From the human T2T-CHM13v2.0 reference genome, Homo sapiens, in the NCBI RefSeq assembly GCF_009914755.1, contig NC_060930.1: DNA of 64,000 bases; one strand, written 5' to 3'. Each line of letters opens with the position of its first letter. The first letter of the stretch is position 1. Below the pieces are notes generated by a model. It had not been told where the DNA came from. It was given only the letters and a program-made list of their open reading frames with translations, and did no database searches. Below are positions 1 to 16,159 of this stretch, in pieces. The position numbers and the translations under genes are program-made.

Positions 1-2178
<2,178 letters not shown>

Positions 2179-2619
2179 ATTCTCCCTTTTCAATCTCCAA
2201 GTTCTCTTCTTCCTTCCATTATCATAAAATAACAGATTTTGTTTAGAAATAATATAGCATGCTTCTAGAATATATTCTTATCTTAAAATGGATAAAGCTT
2301 CATGTCTTAGAATTCAGCTCAGCCAAATTAATATGTCAGCAGACCCACACTAGATAAGGAGGGCTGGCATTCAAAAAGGAGCTGATCTCTTGTTTTCCTG
2401 CAGCTCAGTCTAGTAGAAAAGACAAACCTGTACAGACATAAATGCATTTTTAGTGTAGTAAACATGCAGTGATGGAGGTAAAGGGAAAAAACTAATAATA
2501 ACTAATTGCTTGGCTCCCTACTGAGCTTTCCTCCTCAAGATACTTTATTGTATGACAAGCTACGATAGGGAAATACAAAATGTAAAATAATGTGATTTGA
2601 GTTACAGTTATCTATTAAT

Positions 2620-2790
2620 ATTGTAAAGCCTTAGAAAAATCTCTTAATCTCTTGGGGCCTCACTTTCCTCATCTTTGAAACTAGGGTAATGACTGTATGT
2701 ACAGTACTGAGGTCATAGGGGTGCAAGGCTCAAATGACATAATGTTCCTGAAAACCTTTTAAATGTGCTATAATGCAAAAGTTATTTTCA
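2620..2790 (+). mobile_element. MIR SINE
   Basis: MIR core gcctcactttcctcatctttgaaactaggg...caaatgacataatg. Confidence 0.7.
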
Positions 2791-4189
2791 TTAACACCAT
2801 TAGCATCAAAGTGTAAATTATTGTGAATTTCACAAGTCTATTTGAATTTTACACTTATTCCATTTGCACCAGAAACCATCTTCAGTTCACCATTTTAAAA
2901 AGTCAACCTAGTCTTAAATGAGTACTATACAAAGGATCTTGATTCACAAACATAACGGCTGCTGTTCTTCATCTGAAAGTCATAGTCATACCCTAAAGTT
3001 AAGATCAGTATGTGATCCACAGTGTCAAGTCCTCTGTAGCCTAAATATTGGAGGCTTTTCAGAATATGTTGTATTTACTCTTTCAGACCACATTATTTTT
3101 ATATTATTTGTTAATAAGGTAATTATAATTACAAAACAGTAGAAGTTCTCCCAACTGACCTCTAGTAAACAGACTCCTCTTGCCTATAGCTATCTGTTAA
3201 AGGATGAAAGCTCACAGCTAATATTCTGGGATGTTGACATTCTGTTTCTACCAATGAGTTATATGCTTACTAAGAGTCACTCACGCTTGTTCCTACCTCT
3301 TGCATCCAGAAGCGACATAAAATTATTCTTCGTTTTGGCTCAGCATATATGGCCACTGCACTCAGGGTACCTAACTCAGTATTGAATATACAGTAAGTCT
3401 GAGTCACTGCATTTTTTTTAATAAACTACTTTCAGGTAACTTTTGAAAATGTAAGATAAAGACTTAAAATCGACATTAATTCCTTTGTCATTTTCAGGCA
3501 CTTTGCTAGAGCTGGCTACATTTGCAATTTATCTTTTTTTTTCTTTGTTTTGGACTCATCAGCCAATTTTCAAAGCAATTTGAATTCACTTTTTGTATAA
3601 GAGTCTTCAGGAAAACATTCTGTCAAGGGCCTTGGGACAATCCAGATAAATGATACCCCTGCATTCCTCTCATACTAATCAACCATTTGTGAATCTGTCT
3701 CAAAGAACGCATTCCTGTGCCAAGCTACCCTTAGCACAGCCCTGAAGCTGCTGCTATCCTTTCTGTCCCTGCTTCGTGAGTTATCATTTTATTCTGTCTT
3801 GTTCTCCTGCCAAACTGACATTCCTTCTGAGATTCTGTTCTCAGAGCAATTCTGCTCAAAATTTGGGATATCAAGAAGAATGAAATTACTAATCTTTTTT
3901 GTCATCCTCCTTACTGTTATCCCCAGATATTTGTATGTTTCTATTTTCCCACTTACAATTTAGATCACTTGTAAACATACATACAATGGAGTTTTGGCAA
4001 ATTTTGAGCTTACCGTGTGGATTACCTTCTGGTTGCTGTCAGTGTTTTCCAAAACTCACACATAATGTGAAAGAAAAGAACAAAATTGGGTAGCAATCAT
4101 TGTATGGTCCAGCCGTGAAATAATGGGTTTTATAACTTCCTCTAAACTAAACTAGAATAAGAAAAAATCATAAATAAGATTACAATTTG

Positions 4190-4282
4190 GGGCAACCCAC
4201 TCGGGTCCCCTTCCACACTGTGGAAGCTTTGTTCTTTCACTCTTCGCAATAAATTTGCAGCAAAAAAAAAAAAAAAAAAAAA
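4190..4282 (+). mobile_element. Processed retrocopy of ERV9/LTR12 R region with poly(A) tail and 14-bp TSD
   Basis: ggcaacccactcgggtccccttccacactgtggaagctttgttctttc..caataaa matches LTR12 R. A-run 4262-4284. TSD aagattacaatttg at 4176-4189 and 4283-4296. Confidence 0.88.
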
Positions 4283-4329
4283 AAGATTACAATTTGATTG
4301 ATAGCTCAGTATCAGTGATATGATAGAAA

Positions 4330-4985
4330 AGAAACACCAAACAGGAAGACAGAAGCTTTGGTTTTCCAGTAGCTTTTTATATTTGCTGGAACATGAAATA
4401 ATGAGGGGTTTGTTACAAAATACATACAAGGAAAAAAAACAAAGAGAATCTTTGCTAATCTTGTAACAGGTATAGTCTGGATGTCAAAGGAGAGGAAAGA
4501 TGATTTAGGGTCCAAGGTCATTTTACTAACAACATTAACTTGTCACTCTCTAGTTAGACAGTCTCTTGCCAATATGATGACTCAGTTCCTCTCTGAGTCT
4601 CTACTGCTGGATATTGTTTAGTTTCTGCTTAGTCGTGACGTCTGTACTTTGAACTTGAATGTACTGACAGCCTCTACATATTTATAGCCTTTCATGACGA
4701 ATGTCATCTTAAAGTCTTTGATATCTGTCTTCTGCGTCGGTTTCAACATCAGCCTTCACCCTTCACTATTAACTGGAACAATTTTATATATATATGTATT
4801 TTGCATTGAAATTCTCCAAGGAAGAGAATTTGATGTGTTAGTCACTATCATTTAGCTTTGGCCAAGCTCTTATGCCAAACCATCTTGGGCTCCTGCTAGC
4901 CGGGAGGTAGAGCATCATCAATTTCCCAACCTTAATTTGACCTAATCAGCTGCTGCTGCTGGGGCAAAATCATGTGGTAATTGCT
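4330..4985 (-). mobile_element. Old MaLR (MLT1-like) LTR remnant
   Basis: Degenerate MLT1-like motifs (ccaaggaagagaatttgat; cctaatcagctg...aaatcatgtgg). Weak. Confidence 0.4.
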
Positions 4986-4997
4986 AGTGACCATGAG

Positions 4998-5090
4998 TTC
5001 ATTGATTCGTCCCTTTTTTTTAAGTTCCTACTCTGTCGGGTATTATTCTAGACGTTGAGGAAACAGCAGTGAATAAAACAGAAAAAAGAA
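4998..5090 (-). mobile_element. L2 3' end fragment
   Basis: ttcattgattc...cctactctgtcgggtattattctagacgttgaggaaacagcagtgaataaaaca is the reverse complement of the L2 3' end. Confidence 0.65.
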
Positions 5091-5094
5091 GATA

Positions 5095-5560
5095 ACAAGA
5101 TTCTGGCAGGAATAAAAATTTACCCCAGATGCTATAAATTAAATGGTTTCGATGAAAGAGCTACTTATATATGGTGGAAAATGTTTAGGAAATAAACAGG
5201 GGAAATTGAGAGACCCCAAGACCAGCAACAGTGAGAAGCTACTACCACACCCATTGTTGAAGTGGCAAGCGGTACATGGTACAGAACCCAATGAGATTTT
5301 CAGACGTGGAGTGAGAGCTGCCTGGAAGTCACGAGGAATAGAGATACTGTTCAAAGACAAGAACACTGAGGGAAGATACATCCCAATATCTCTCTCCTCT
5401 CTCATTCCATTCTCCAACCAGACCTTTCCATTGGCCAACCCAGAGAGAAATATGAGAGCAAGGAGACCAAGGTGATATAGCCTCTGGCCTCTGAGCATAT
5501 ACTGCAGAGCTAAGAAGTGCAGAAAATGGATAGGATGGCATTAACTGAGAAATCATTTCA
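5095..5560 (-). mobile_element. ERVL solo LTR (LTR33-like)
   Basis: accagcaacagtgagaagctactaccacaccc...ccattggccaaccc...gagcaaggagacc pattern resembles LTR33. Confidence 0.55.
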
Positions 5561-5726
5561 CAGGGACCTTACCATCAAGTGGAGTAAACAGTTAAAAACA
5601 ATTAAACTGAAGTAACAATATCAAACAATACAATTTGGATGAATATAAGCACAATAATGAAAAAGGTGGGGGAAAGGGGATAGAAAGTGATTTTCAAGAA
5701 AAATTATCTTAGAATATTGGAAAAAC

Positions 5727-6030
5727 ACCAGGCACAGTGGCTTGTGGCTTATGCCTGTAATCACAACATTTTGGGAGGCTGAGGTGAGAGGATTGCTTGA
5801 ACCCAGGAGTTCAAGACCAGCCTGGGCAACATAGACAAACCTTGTCTCTACGAAAAAAAGTTTTTTAGTCACCTGGATGTGATGGCATGTGCCTGTATTC
5901 CTAGCTACTCAGGAGGCTGAAATGGGAGGATCACTCGAGCCTGGGAGGTCAAGGCTGCAGTGAGCTATGACCATGCCACTGTACTCCAGCCTACGTGACA
6001 GCAAGAGACTCTATCTTTAAAAACAGAAAT
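5727..6030 (+). mobile_element. AluJ
   Basis: Alu dimer with J diagnostics (aggattgcttgaacccaggagttcaagaccagcctgggcaacatag; gaggtcaaggctgcagtgagctatga). Confidence 0.92.
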
Positions 6031-6617
6031 AAAGGAAAAAATAGCACATGTGGACAAATTTTTGTCAATTTAATGGAGATAAAAGATTCGTGTTTCAGAA
6101 TTTTACATTTGGAGTAGTTGATATGCAAAAAGAATGTATAAAATATGTGCAAGTGATGAACATAAAAATAAAGCAAAAAACTAAATATCAATGCTATTCA
6201 TCATCCTTTCCTCCTTCCTCACTCTTCATCAGCAGGACCTACCAGCCCGAGTTTTCATTTTTAATCACATCTTTACGTTTCTTTTAAATATATTTTCAGT
6301 TTTGCTTATTTTTGAAATTTATAAAATGTATATCTTATATTATTGTGTTTTGTTTTCACTCAATATACTTTTTAATATTCACCCATGTTGATTCACATTG
6401 CTGTAGTTCATCTTCACTGCTGAATAGATGTTCCATCATATGAATATTCTATAATATATTCATTAATTTTTCTAAGAACATTGTGTTATTACCAGTTTGT
6501 TGCTAATATGATGCTGATACAAATATTCCTGTACCTATCTTTAGATACAAGAGCAAGTATTTCTTTATAATATATAGCACATGCAGGAATAGAATTGCTC
6601 AGTTATGGGGTTCATGA

Positions 6618-6938
<321 letters not shown>

Positions 6939-7455
6939 TAGTGCCAACTTGTTTTTAAAAGTATGATTATACCTTGTGTAGACTCTCTCTGGCAACATTT
7001 AAGAGTTCCCTTGATTCCCATACTTGCCATCACTACATATGGTAAGATTTTGTATATGAGTAGAGCAAATGTGTAATAATAACTAATTGCACTTTTAAAT
7101 TGCACTACCATAATGAGGTTTATTGTTGTTTTATGTAATTAATGACCACTGTGCGTCCCCTTCTGTGAAATACCTGTTCATATACTTAGCTCAATTTTCT
7201 ATTGGATTGTTATTTGAATTTTCTTTTTACTTCATAGGACTTCTTTATATATTATAAATACTAATTCTTAATTTATTTCTGTGTTGCAAATATCTTAGAT
7301 TGGGGCTTTGTAGTTTTCTTGATGAAATCTTTTGATAAATAGAGATTCTTCTTTTTAATGTTGAATTTATCAATGTTTTATTTTTCAGCTGTGAGCTGTT
7401 TTCTTGCTTTCGCTATGCTGAGATTACAGACATTCTCTTGTATTGCCCTCTAAAA

Positions 7456-7641
7456 CAGCAATAAGCAAACTGCAGCTCACATTTGTAAATACAGCGTATG
7501 GAAACACATCCACGTCCATTCTTTTGTATAATATCTATGCCACCTTGCACTGGAAGAACAGAGTTGATAGCTGTGACCATATGGTCCACAAAGCCAAAAA
7601 CTTTTACATCTGATCAGTTAGGAATAAGTGTGCTGATCTGG
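7456..7641 (+). mobile_element. MER58A (hAT-Charlie MITE)
   Basis: Matches MER58A body. 8-bp TSD ctctaaaa (7448-7455) / ttctaaaa (7642-7649). Confidence 0.8.
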
Positions 7642-8051
7642 TTCTAAAAGATTATTAGATAGTCGATCTTTTTCTCCGAGATCTAGTGTGGCAATTGTTA
7701 TGTATCAAGTTTTCATACATGTGTAGGTCTCTCTATGGGCTCTCTTCTCTTCTATTGGTCTGTGTGTCCATCTCTGTGTCATTTCAACACTGAGTTAACA
7801 CAGCTTTATAGGAAATCTTGGCATCAGGTAAACCAAATTCTCACACTGTAATCTTCTTCAAGAGTATTTTCCCTTTACTTGGATATTCACTCTTTTATAA
7901 AAGTTTAGCTTTAGTTCAGACAGTTTCATGGGAAATACAACAAGTTGTTTTGATTAATATATAGATTAGGTTAATCTGCAGATCAGTGTTGTCATTTTTA
8001 CTACTTTGATTACTAACCATGAAAATGCTATATGTTTATGTGTTCATTTTT

Positions 8052-8081
8052 ACACACACACGCACATGCACACACATACAC
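8052..8081. repeat. Imperfect (CA)n microsatellite
   Basis: acacacacacgcacatgcacacacatacac. Confidence 0.8.
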
Positions 8082-9717
8082 GGTTTAATGTCTTTTAATA
8101 AGGTTTAAATTTTTCAGTAGGGTTTGCACATCTTTGATTTATTCGTATATATGTTAATTGTGTAATGCTGAATGTTATCTCTTTAATTGACTTTTAAACA
8201 CCATTGCTACTTTTAGTTATTCATCTTACATCCAAGAACCTTATTAAACTTGCACTATTTCTAATAATTTGCCTGTATATCCTTTTGGCTTTACTGTGTA
8301 CAAAAGTAATGATAGTTTTGCTTTTTCCTTTTCAATAATTTTAGATTAGATTTCCTTCTCAAATGCACAACTTACAGTGTTACAGACAATAATAGATAGA
8401 AGCAGTGATGGTGCTTAATTGCCTCATTCCTCATTTTAGTATTTCATTATTGAATATAAATGCTCACTGTAGATTTTTGATAGATCCGTTTGTCAGGTTA
8501 GAAAGGATGCCTTCTATTTCAAAACCTCAGGATTTTTTATTATGAATGAATTTTGTAAAATGTTTTGCTGTACATATTAATCATTTTCCCCTTAATCTGT
8601 TAATGTAGTACTTATATTACCTAATGTTAAAGTACATTTGCATGACTGGGATGCATATACAAATTAAAAGTGATATCTTTCTAAACGCACTGTTGGATTT
8701 TATGTGGTAATGCTGCATTTATGATTCTGTGCATGTTATGGAGCTTGCCTATAATCATTCTTCTTGCGTTGTCTTTATTTGGACTTGTTGTTACCATTTG
8801 TCTAGCTTTAGAAAATGTGGTGAAAGTGTGCCTTTCTTTTTGCTAGGCTCTGGAATAACATATATTATTGCTGGTATGCTTTCTTATTTGTTTTGCAGAT
8901 GTCACTCAGAAATCATCTTGGCCTTGTATTTTCTTTTTGGAAAGATTTTTAATTATTAATTCAATTTCTTTTATGGTTATAAATCTATTCAAGATTTCTA
9001 TTTCTTCTTGAATCAGTTTTACATTTTCCTCCTGGATTTGTCTACTCCACCTACAGTTTTAATTTTGAGTTTAAAGTTTTTCAGCATTTTCACTTATCTT
9101 TTAACTCTGTTTTGTCTCTAATGAGATACCTTTTTTTATAGTTCATATTGTTTATCTAACTCTTTTTTTTCTTTTTGCACATCAATTATGTCAACATTTG
9201 GATAATTTCATTTTTTTTCTTTCCAAAGAAGCAGTTTTTGCTTTTATTAATTCTAAGAGATGTTTCCTTTTTCATTGACTTATACTTCTGTATATATTAT
9301 ATGCTATCCTCTATTGTGAATTTGTTCAATTGTTCTCTTTCAAACATTTAACATGGATTATTCAAAGATTGTTTTTAATTTCTAACAGTGTGGGATTTTT
9401 GAAAATTATTCTGTAAATATTGATTTCTTGATTAACTGTATTGTGGTCAAAAATATAGTTTGTATAATTCTGATTTATTAAAATTTGTTGAGACTTACTT
9501 GCTCTATGGTGAAAAAACTCTATCATACCGGTCCCCTGATATTTACTGATGCTTGATTTATGGTTTTAAATATGATTTATTTCCAAAAATGTTCTTCGTG
9601 GTCTTGAAAAACATGTCTATTTTCCAATAGAAAAATATTTCGCATGTCTGCTAGATTATGCTTCTTTATTGTATTATTCAAATCTTTCATATACTTGCAT
9701 TGTTCAATTATCAATGA

Positions 9718-10054
<337 letters not shown>

Positions 10055-10447
10055 ATCTCTGCTATTATATTCTTAAGAAGTATTATATTCTCCTAGTGGA
10101 TTCAAACTTGCATTAATATATAATGATACTCTTGATCTCAAATGTTTCTGTCTTAAGGTCTTAAGGTCTATGTTCTTATACTATTACATTAGAACAATAT
10201 GAAATTGTTTTTTTAGGTTAATAAGTGGCAAATTTATAGAGTTCAATCCAATAGCCTTGTCAGTTTTCTCTTTTTTCTCTGTGTGCTTTCGTATTAGGTA
10301 TGTCTCTAATAAACAGCATGTAGCTTGATCTTTTAAAAGCATCCATACAACAACCTATGCCAGTTCATAGTGTTTCCTGATGTATTTGGATTTCTTATTG
10401 CTTTATTTTGTATTTTCTCTTTGTCTCAATTTTTGTGATTTTTTTCT

Positions 10448-11109
<662 letters not shown>

Positions 11110-11540
11110 ATTGCCGTGTTCTAGATTGATTGGGGTTTTTTCCCCGGTTTTCTTTTTTTTCTAATTTTGGTATATAAACATTCAGTTTTTCTTTCTTAGT
11201 GATTACCCTTGAAATTTTAATATGCATACTTAGCAAAGTCTAACTGTGATCAGTATACTTACCTTCAGCCCAAGAACAAAAGAACCTTCTAAGGTAATCC
11301 CAATCATTCCCTCACTGTTTGCTGCTGTTGTTTCCCAAACATTTAGCTCTTTGTTGTGTTGTGTCTACTCTACAAGTTGGGCATTATTATTATTATTGAT
11401 TCATGATTACTTTATAAATTTCTCCTTCTAGAATACTGATTAGATACCTATTTGCCATTATTTCAATTTCTATGTTTATCAACCCCTCTTATTTTCCAAC
11501 TATTGGCCTCTGCCTTCTGCATTCCATAAAAATTTTCCAG

Positions 11541-11825
11541 ATCCCAGCACTTTGGGAGGCCGAGGCGGGTGGATCATGAGGTCAGGAGATCGAGACCATC
11601 CTGGCTAACAAGGTGAAACCCCGTCTCTACTAAAAATACAAAAAATTAGCCGGGCGCGGTGGCGGGCGCCTGTAGTCCCAGCTACTGGGGAGGCTGAGGC
11701 AGGAGAATGGCGTGAACCCGGAAGCGGAGCTTGCAGTGAGCCGAGATTGCGCCACTGCAGTCCGCAGTCCGGCCTGGGCGACAGAGCGAGACTCCGTCTC
11801 AAAAATAAATAAATAAATAAATAAA
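11541..11825 (+). mobile_element. AluYb8/Yb9 (human-specific), 5'-truncated by ~27 nt
   Basis: 7-bp duplication gcagtccgcagtcc plus ggatcatgagg, ctaacaaggtg, gattgcgcc and ctactgggg. CpGs intact. TSD aaattttccagatc at 11530-11543 and 11823-11836. (AAAT)n tail. Confidence 0.95.
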
Positions 11826-12129
11826 TTTTCCAGATCTATATTACAATTCATGAATTCTCCATTTAGATGCTTCTATTACACTATGCAACACTTAAGTTTT
11901 ACATTCGTTATGGTTTTCAATTTTAAAATTTCTAGAGGTGAATGCTTTCTTAATCATGCAGCTTAACCCTTGTAGCCCCAAAACTGGAGTTTCTTCTCCC
12001 AGTCTAATAGTGATTTCTACTCAATGTTTATGCTGTGGCCCAGAATGCAATAGGCTCAACACTTTCTACTGCTTTCATTTCCATTTATTTACCCCGCCAA
12101 AATACTGGTGTGTAGTCTAACAGATAGTC

Positions 12130-12730
12130 TGTATTTATTTGTTTAAAAGCAACCCTGAATTATAATTCTAGATAATATTAACATAAGCAAAGGAGATAAA
12201 AACTTGGCCTAACGGCTACTAAGAATAACTACGAGTTTATTATGCTAAAAAATGGTATGATATTGATGCAAAAAGCAACAAAGCTGACCTACAGACCAGG
12301 ATTTCTGTGAGATACATTTATATCTCAGAATTTAATACATAATAAAGATGGCATGCAAATCAGATGGTTCCATAAATTATGATAGGAAAATTGCTCATTA
12401 TGGAGAAAAATTCACACCTATTACCACATAAAAGGATGGAATTCAGATATATTAAAGAAATAAATCAAGGAAAACTATAAAAATAGAAGGTAATGTGCCC
12501 TAGGGTAAGGGAAGAACTTCTTAAAACTCCAAAGACATCAATTAATTGATTTAATCACATCGAAATAAAGAATTTAAGTGAATAAAGTTAAGAGAATGAT
12601 TTCACAGAGATTTTCTGTATCTAACACCACAAGAAAAATATTATGCAGAATATACATATGAGAGGAAACTCATTTTTTTAAAAAAGCATAGGAATCTCAA
12701 ATTTTAAAAATAGGGTAAGGATGTTATAAA
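12130..12730 (+). mobile_element. Ancient L1M ORF2 3' fragment
   Basis: A-rich, degenerate L1 motifs (tggtatgatattgatgc; ttcacacctattaccacataaaa). Confidence 0.5.
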
Positions 12731-13449
12731 GTTGATTTCAATCAAAACTTTTTTCTCTTATTTTCTTGTATCCTTTTCTCCACCCACTGCTCGGCAGAAT
12801 TCATTGCCTCAGGGAAGGAAGAACACAGCAGAAAAGCAGAGAAAAATACTAGGTTGGTGTCAAAAGCACAACTATGAAATACATAACTTTTAGGGCATAA
12901 AACATTATATTTGGAAAACCAGATGAAACTCCAGGCTCCCTTGTCCTCAAACTATACAAAGATGGCAGGCATGCAAGGAACAAGGAAAGTCATGGCAGAA
13001 ACAGAGCTTATGTGATGTCAGGCTCCAGAGCTGGGTGTTCTGTCGGAAAGTCCCACAGAGAATTAGGAATTCAAGACCAGACCAAACTGGGCCCCTATCC
13101 CCAGGGGACAATCTGGAGCCAGCAAGATCCCAGTGTTCCTGTTCCTCAGCCTGGCTCCCTAGAACAGCACTACAGACAGGCCTAAGTCTACCTCCCAGTG
13201 CACCTTGTAGCCCTACAAGGAATGGGAGGTTCCCTTATGCCTGAGAGCAGAGCAGAGACAGCTGCTCCGAGAGCCCTTAGTCGGATCAAGGTAAAGGCAC
13301 CAGGGCCTCACGGTCACAGTGGGAATGGGATGCTGTAGATGCGTCTGTGTGGATGCAGAATGATTTCAAGGACCAGCCTCCCTCTTTCCCTAAGTCCTTG
13401 CCTTCAATTATGGACAAACCCAGAGAAAGGGAGGGGAACCCCACTAGAC

Positions 13450-13652
13450 TAGCCGTTCTCAACAGGGAATCATTTTGCCTCTCAGCAGATATTTGGCAAT
13501 GTCTGAAGATGTGTCTGGTTGTTAGAACTGGGAGGTGCTGCTGGTATCTGGCAGACATGGGTCAGGGGTGCTCCTAAATATTCTGTAATACACAGCTTCC
13601 CAAATAATTACCCAGCCCCGAATCTCAATAGTGTCAAGGCTGAGAAACTCTG
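13450..13652 (+). mobile_element. MER20 (hAT-Charlie MITE)
   Basis: gttctcaacaggg...atttggcaatgtctgaaga...caatagtgtcaaggctgagaaactctg. Confidence 0.85.
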
Positions 13653-15199
13653 CCTAAACTGAGATTAGGTTTTAATCCTATGGCAAAATAAAGATTTATA
13701 ATAAAAATTACGTTCATTTATTTAAAAGTAAAGAAAATTGCATGGAATTTTCACTAGTTCATGGAATAAAATGTGCATCCACTTTTTTATGCAAAGGAAT
13801 CTATTATTTCTCTAATATAAAATAATCAACACTCATCATTTCTGGATTTAATGAAGAGGTTTTTGGGGCAAGAAAAGCTTAAGTAACTTTAAAGGAAGAC
13901 AAAGTACTACACCTGGCACGAGGAGGAAAGAGAAATGGAAGCAGGAAGGCAGATGCCAGAAGCTTACAACAATATTCTAAGCCGAGGAGAGGAGGAAAGC
14001 AGGGGAGAGGGAAGTTTTGTGCAGCTGAGTCATCCGTGGAACATCGTTCAGAGAAGCTGTTTCTAATCAACAACAAGGGGGCCATGAGCATTTTCAGAGA
14101 GGTGAGATGGGCTCCCTTCCAAACTCTACACTTAAAGTTTACTAAGAATATAGTGTGAGAACCCCAACCAATGAACTGGCTAGGTTGAATATCAGCAAAG
14201 GAAAAAATGGGAAATGTTTTCAAAAATAGCATGAATGAAAGCAAAGGTCAAAATCAACGAAGAGAACACAGAAAGGAGGAAGGAAAGGAGAAAAAGATCT
14301 AGAAACAATTACTATGGATAATAAGCAAATCAGTCTTATGTTAATGACATGCCCAAGTGTTCCATTTTTATGCGAAAGGAAATAACTGTGAAGTATCACC
14401 AACATAAACACTAATTAAAAGAGATTAAATGTCTTGGGATGAAATGTCATAACATAACACACTGTCAGTTTGTGGTGTTCTCAAAATGTTAATGACCTCT
14501 AACTTCAGCTGTTTCCAATACCCACGATCTCAAGGGAAAGAAACCTCAGCTGCAGGACTCCTGGGGGGAGCTCAGAGCTTTGTCCCATTTCCTCACTGTT
14601 AGTAGATAAAGTTTCATTGAAAACGAGTCGATGACATTTGCCCATAATTCAGAAGGGACCATGTTTTCTAAAAAGGATTTTTCTCTTCCCAGAAAGTACT
14701 AGAGTTTATCTTACCATTTCAATAATGTTCCAGACCTGATTCAGTCAGTCTCAAATACCCTTTGGAATAATAGTCTTCTGTTCTCTAGCAGTGACATTTC
14801 TCCAGCAACAGTGGCATCTGCAGAAAATTTAGGAAGTGAGAGTTCATCATTTTATAAATTCATTCTGGAAAAAAAGTGTGAGTCAGGATGAATTTATAAC
14901 CATTTTACCAGGACAGATCCCAGAATTCTTCCTGAACTGTTAATTTAGAGTATATTCTGAGTGGCCACACCTCCTCATTTACTTTAATAAAAATCATTTG
15001 TACTTCTGATTGCCACAATTATTTTTACCTCCCAGCCAAAGAAATTAGGCAAGCACCCTATGGTCATTTCACAGATTAGTCATCCTCTCCTGTCTATTCT
15101 ACTGACCCAGTTTCTCTCACACAGCCACGACATGTTCTGTCCCATCTAACCAGCAACACTTTTGAACATATGAACCTCTATGTGTATGCATCTGTTGAC

Positions 15200-15975
15200 A
15201 ATTTTGCCTGCATTTATTTGACAAATGCTTATTGAAATTTTATTAAACACAAGCCCTCAAATAAGTTCCTGGTTTCAGGAAATTTCTAATATTTGGGGAT
15301 GCAAGATTGGAGACAAGAGCCATAATAGGAAAAGCAATATGGGGCAGTATAGGTAAGTGTCACATCTATGGTCCAATTAAAGTCCTCAGTAATTAACAAG
15401 AAGAGGAGTCCTTTAGCCGGAAACATCCGGGAAATCTTCAGGGCAGTGGGTTACACACCATGAACCTTGAAAATGTTTACAGAATGTTGATTGAGATGCA
15501 CAGAATAAGACATTCTGCCTGTTATGTTAAAGTAACCATTAACCACATGTGACTATTTAACTTGAGCTGAAATAAAAGTAAAAATTCAGTCATACTATTG
15601 AGCACATTTCAAGTGCTCAGTAGCCACATGTAGCTAATGGCTACCAAATTGCACAGTATAGAATATTTCCATCATTGCAAAAAAAATCTGTTGGTATGCT
15701 CTGTTCTAACTTGAAAAAAATGTGATAATTATCCATAGGAAACTACAGGTGTTTTACAGATACTTGGGCACCAGTAAGCATGCCACATTTGCTGGAGCAC
15801 AAGGTATAAATAGAATAGTAGTGGAATAAGATTGGAAAGGGAAGTTGAAATCAAATTTCAGTGGTCCTGAATGCATTCATTCAAAGTCAGAGGTTTGTTT
15901 AGACCAGAGGACTGAGATTTAGAAGGATTAATCTTTGGTTATGTGTAAAATAATGACCTGAAAAGCAACCAGACA
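15200..15975 (-). mobile_element. L2 fragment, interrupted by MER33-like element
   Basis: catttatttgacaaatgcttattga...; gctggagcacaagg...; agatttagaaggattaatct. Confidence 0.55.
15512..15708. mobile_element. MER33/MER3-like hAT MITE
   Basis: cacatttcaagtgctcagtagccacatgtagctaatggctacc...tagaatatttccatcattgca. Confidence 0.75.
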
Positions 15976-15979
15976 ATGG

Positions 15980-16148
15980 GCGCTCAGCGATGGCTGCACA
16001 TTAGAATCATCTGGGGAACTTTTAAAGACTTGATTGCCCAGGCCATACCCCAGATGAATTAAATCAAAATCAATGGGGGTCAACTTGTATATCAGTATTT
16101 TTTTAAATCTCCCCAGGTAATTCCAATATGCAAAAGTATTTAGAGATA
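15980..16148. mobile_element. MER5-family MITE
   Basis: ggctgcacattagaatcatctggggaactt...ctccccaggtaattccaatatgca. Confidence 0.8.
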
Positions 16149-16159
16149 TTTGCTGTTTT

